Source of the DNA: Dehalococcoidia bacterium UBA1123
GTDB taxonomy: Bacteria; Chloroflexota; Dehalococcoidia; Lucifugimonadales; UBA1123
NCBI GenBank assembly: GCA_002313895.1
Contig: DCAW01000121.1
Location: 1 to 56,265, forward strand
Length of the DNA: 56,265 nucleotides
Reading direction: 5' to 3'
This document shows, piece after piece, positions 54,130-56,265 of this stretch; the first letter of the stretch is position 1, and every line of letters begins with the position of its first letter. Made by a program: the position numbers and the translations under genes. A model generated the notes under the pieces. That model was not told the DNA's origin, searched no databases, and saw nothing but the letters and a program-made list of their open reading frames with translations.

Positions 54130-55458
54130 CTATTCTTTTTCTTCTTTGCGGTACGCCTCGTCTAACAGGTCTGTGACATAGCGGACCTCGACGGGCATAT
54201 TATTTTCCCCAACGCCCATCTGTAACTGCATCAAGCAACCCGGATTGGCCGTCGCGACGATGTTGGCTCCGGTCTCCGCCACGGCTTCCATCTTCGTTTT
54301 CAAGATTCGGAGTGAAAGATTGCGTTCGGTGATCATGTAAGTTCCACCACCGCCGCAGCAGATCGAGGCATTGGGAAGCTCGACGAATTCAACGCCTGGG
54401 ATCGAGTTGAGAATGATTCGTGGCGGGGCAGTGACCCGTTGGGCGTTGGAGAGGTGACACGAGTCCTGGTACGTCACCCGACAATCCAGGCTGGCATCGG
54501 GAGGCTCATAGGGTAGTTCTACCAGATACTCATGGATGTCCTTGATTTTGCTAGATAGTTCGAGAGCTTTCTCAGCGTATTCGCTGTCGTCCTGGAGCAG
54601 TTCATGATATTCCTTCATTCTCGACCCGCATCCCGCTGACGCAACGATGATCGCGTCTACATCCTCAGCCAGGAATCCGTCAATGTTTCTGCGAGCGAGA
54701 TCGCGGGCGGTGGACAGGTCGCCGATGTGAGAGTTCATGGCTCCGCAACAAACTTGATTTTTGGGAACCACCACCTCAACGCCGTTGCGGGTCAACACCC
54801 GGACGACGGCGTTCATCTGTGGACCGTGCACCAAAGGCATGACACAACCGGAGAGAATAGCGACGCGATTGGTTTTTTCGCCTTTGGCGGGAATCACCTG
54901 GCCGCTTGCTTTGAAGGTCGTCGATGGAATCTTCGGCATTGAGCTTTCCATGTCGGCGAGGTCGGGGGAAACGCGCTTGAGCAGGCCTGACTTTCGGACC
55001 ATATTTTGCAGTCCCGAGTTCTGATAAAAACGCGCCACGCCGACGGCCAAGCTTAATCGGCCTTGCTCCGGCACGACCCACTTCAAAACAGCGTCAGTCG
55101 CCATGCCCTTAACAGAATTCCTGCGTTTTTCCGAAACCTCGGCCATCGTCGTTTCTATAAGTTTGCCGTATGGCACCCCAGACGGGCAGGCGACTTCACA
55201 AGCGCGGCACTGAACGCACAGATCCCAGTGGCGCATCACCGGTTCCGTCATCTCGATACGACCCTCGTTGACCGCTTTCATCAGTGCAATGCGGCCTCGC
55301 GGGGATTCAGTCTCAAGACCGGTTTCAAGATACGTCGGGCACGCTTGCAGGCAGAACCCGCAGTGGACACACTTGTAAAGGTCTGATTCGTCTGCGCCTC
55401 CCAGGCCTGAAAAGAGACGTGAAATGCTGGGTTTTTGCTGTTCGTTCGGCATTGTCAT
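54130..55458 (-). CDS. glcF: glycolate oxidase iron-sulfur subunit (CCG-domain Fe-S protein)
   Basis: 442 aa with CVHCGFCLQACPTY and CVQCRACEVACPSG ferredoxin-type clusters plus two C-terminal Cys-rich CCG repeats. Confidence 0.88.
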   Translation of the reverse strand: MTMPNEQQKPSISRLFSGLGGADESDLYKCVHCGFCLQACPTYLETGLETESPRGRIALMKAVNEGRIEMTEPVMRHWDLCVQCRACEVACPSGVPYGKLIETTMAEVSEKRRNSVKGMATDAVLKWVVPEQGRLSLAVGVARFYQNSGLQNMVRKSGLLKRVSPDLADMESSMPKIPSTTFKASGQVIPAKGEKTNRVAILSGCVMPLVHGPQMNAVVRVLTRNGVEVVVPKNQVCCGAMNSHIGDLSTARDLARRNIDGFLAEDVDAIIVASAGCGSRMKEYHELLQDDSEYAEKALELSSKIKDIHEYLVELPYEPPDASLDCRVTYQDSCHLSNAQRVTAPPRIILNSIPGVEFVELPNASICCGGGGTYMITERNLSLRILKTKMEAVAETGANIVATANPGCLMQLQMGVGENNMPVEVRYVTDLLDEAYRKEEKE

Positions 55459-56265
55459 CAGATTCGTCCAATGAAACGACCAGGGTTAAGAATGCCCTTA
55501 GGGTCGTACTGCTGTTTCATTCTTCGCATTATTTCGATGGAGTCTCCTGCTTCTCCCCACACATCAAATTCGGATTTCAACTCGACAGGGCATCGTTCGA
55601 TAATTGCTGAGCCTCCAAGGCTGACAGCTCCTCCACGCAATGCTCGAATCGCATTACCTGATGATTCCAGCTTGTTGTTTGTGTTTCCTGATTGCCAAAA
55701 TACCATGACGTTGCCATAACCCGGACTAGCCACGAAGGAAGGAGCATTGTCAGCCAGCGACGCTTTGATCGCGTCAATATATGTCTGGACTTGGTTCGGA
55801 ACCAAGGACACGCGAAGCACGACTTCTGGCGGCGGCTGATCAACCCATCCGAAGTCAGAAATTCGCCTCCAGAGATCAAGAGCAAAACCGCCATCTACGA
55901 TTTCAATGGTCGTTCCGCCGCCTGCCCGGCTGGCCTGAATGGTTTCGTCTACCATACGGGCCAGACCGCGAGGCCTGCCGCCCAATCTGACAGCCAAATA
56001 CTGCTCGCCTTCAATATTGCTCATGCCTGTTGCCGATAACACTCCGCGGTCGAACACATTCAAAGCCAGTGGTGTCACTTGTCCATTGAAGATGGAAAGC
56101 GCGACGTCGCCGCATGATTTCGAATTGTCGAACGCGGCCAACACCGTCTTCTCATTGGCAGGTTTAGGCGTCAGCTTGAACGATACTTCGCATACTACTC
56201 CCAGGCTTCCTAAGCCGCCTACATGCAACCTTGCCATATCGTATCCGCTGACGTTCTTCACGACC
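55458..56265 (-). CDS. glcE: FAD-linked oxidase, GlcE-like subunit, C-terminal part (continues beyond window end)
   Basis: FAD-oxidase C-terminal domain pattern (KNVSGYDMARLHVGGLGSLGVV... GILNPGRFI). Its TGA shares one base with the glcF ATG (TGATG). Confidence 0.8.
   Translation of the reverse strand, partial: VVKNVSGYDMARLHVGGLGSLGVVCEVSFKLTPKPANEKTVLAAFDNSKSCGDVALSIFNGQVTPLALNVFDRGVLSATGMSNIEGEQYLAVRLGGRPRGLARMVDETIQASRAGGGTTIEIVDGGFALDLWRRISDFGWVDQPPPEVVLRVSLVPNQVQTYIDAIKASLADNAPSFVASPGYGNVMVFWQSGNTNNKLESSGNAIRALRGGAVSLGGSAIIERCPVELKSEFDVWGEAGDSIEIMRRMKQQYDPKGILNPGRFIGRI

Noticed and set aside
1-56265. Alternative genetic code (stop-codon reassignment) as an explanation for the interrupted genes.
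   Set aside because: TGA, TAA and TAG each terminate many intact genes exactly where homologs end. Examples are valS TAA, ndk TGA, and the carboxylesterase TAG. All three stop types occur among the interruptions, which no single reassignment explains.
1-56265. CRISPR arrays, tRNA/rRNA genes, IS elements, integrases, prophage or classic defence-system genes.
   Set aside because: I found no spaced direct-repeat arrays. No intergenic region is long enough, or has the T-loop/acceptor features, for a tRNA. No ORF has transposase, recombinase, phage-structural or restriction/abortive-infection signatures. This was a visual scan only. A tRNAscan, Infernal and ISfinder run would be needed for certainty.

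Overview
Gene-dense chromosomal segment of about 50 genes from a free-living bacterium. Many genes are separated by only 1-4 nt or overlap, and GTG/TTG starts are frequent. I found no rRNA, tRNA, CRISPR array, transposase, integrase or phage genes, and no recognisable transcription factor. The gene content (several MFS transporters, amidohydrolase, many AKR/SDR/MDR oxidoreductases, an IlvD/Edd dehydratase, an FdsGBA-type formate dehydrogenase) resembles marine Chloroflexota of the SAR202 type. That assignment is inference only and could not be verified here.

Layout:
- 1-12.3 kb: valS, two MFS transporters flanking a tightly coupled amidohydrolase/M14 carboxypeptidase pair, then small EVE, TPR, VOC and SRPBCC genes.
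- 12.3-18.4 kb, minus strand: a 2-oxoacid/acetoin dehydrogenase cluster (E1alpha, E1beta, E2, AcoX-like kinase-fold protein) followed by gamma-glutamyltransferase.
- 18.5-23.3 kb: housekeeping block (RNase HII fused to YraN, DinB, mnmA, rsfS, ndk, tsaB, tsaE).
- 23.4-31.9 kb: sugar/sugar-acid catabolic module (carboxylesterase, a decayed GH4 glycosidase, HpcH/HpaI aldolase, MDR dehydrogenase, AKR, IlvD/Edd dehydratase).
- 31.9-45.3 kb: a 13.3-kb block entirely on the minus strand, in the order fhs, moeA, moeA-PBP fusion, mobA, moaD-like, tungsten-type aldehyde:ferredoxin oxidoreductase (AOR), NuoE-like, NuoF-like, FdhA-like, hypothetical.
- 45.4-56.3 kb: oxidoreductases, an internally duplicated unknown protein, an interrupted Eis-like GNAT gene, an MFS transporter, an interrupted AKR gene, aroC, an SDR, and glcF/glcE.

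The most interesting item is the AOR gene nested translationally into an FdsGBA/NuoEF-type formate dehydrogenase operon that carries its own cofactor-maturation genes. This may be an undescribed NAD(H)-linked W/Mo enzyme system.

The second recurring signal is three otherwise well-conserved accessory genes interrupted only by in-frame stop codons. TGA, TAA and TAG are all represented.
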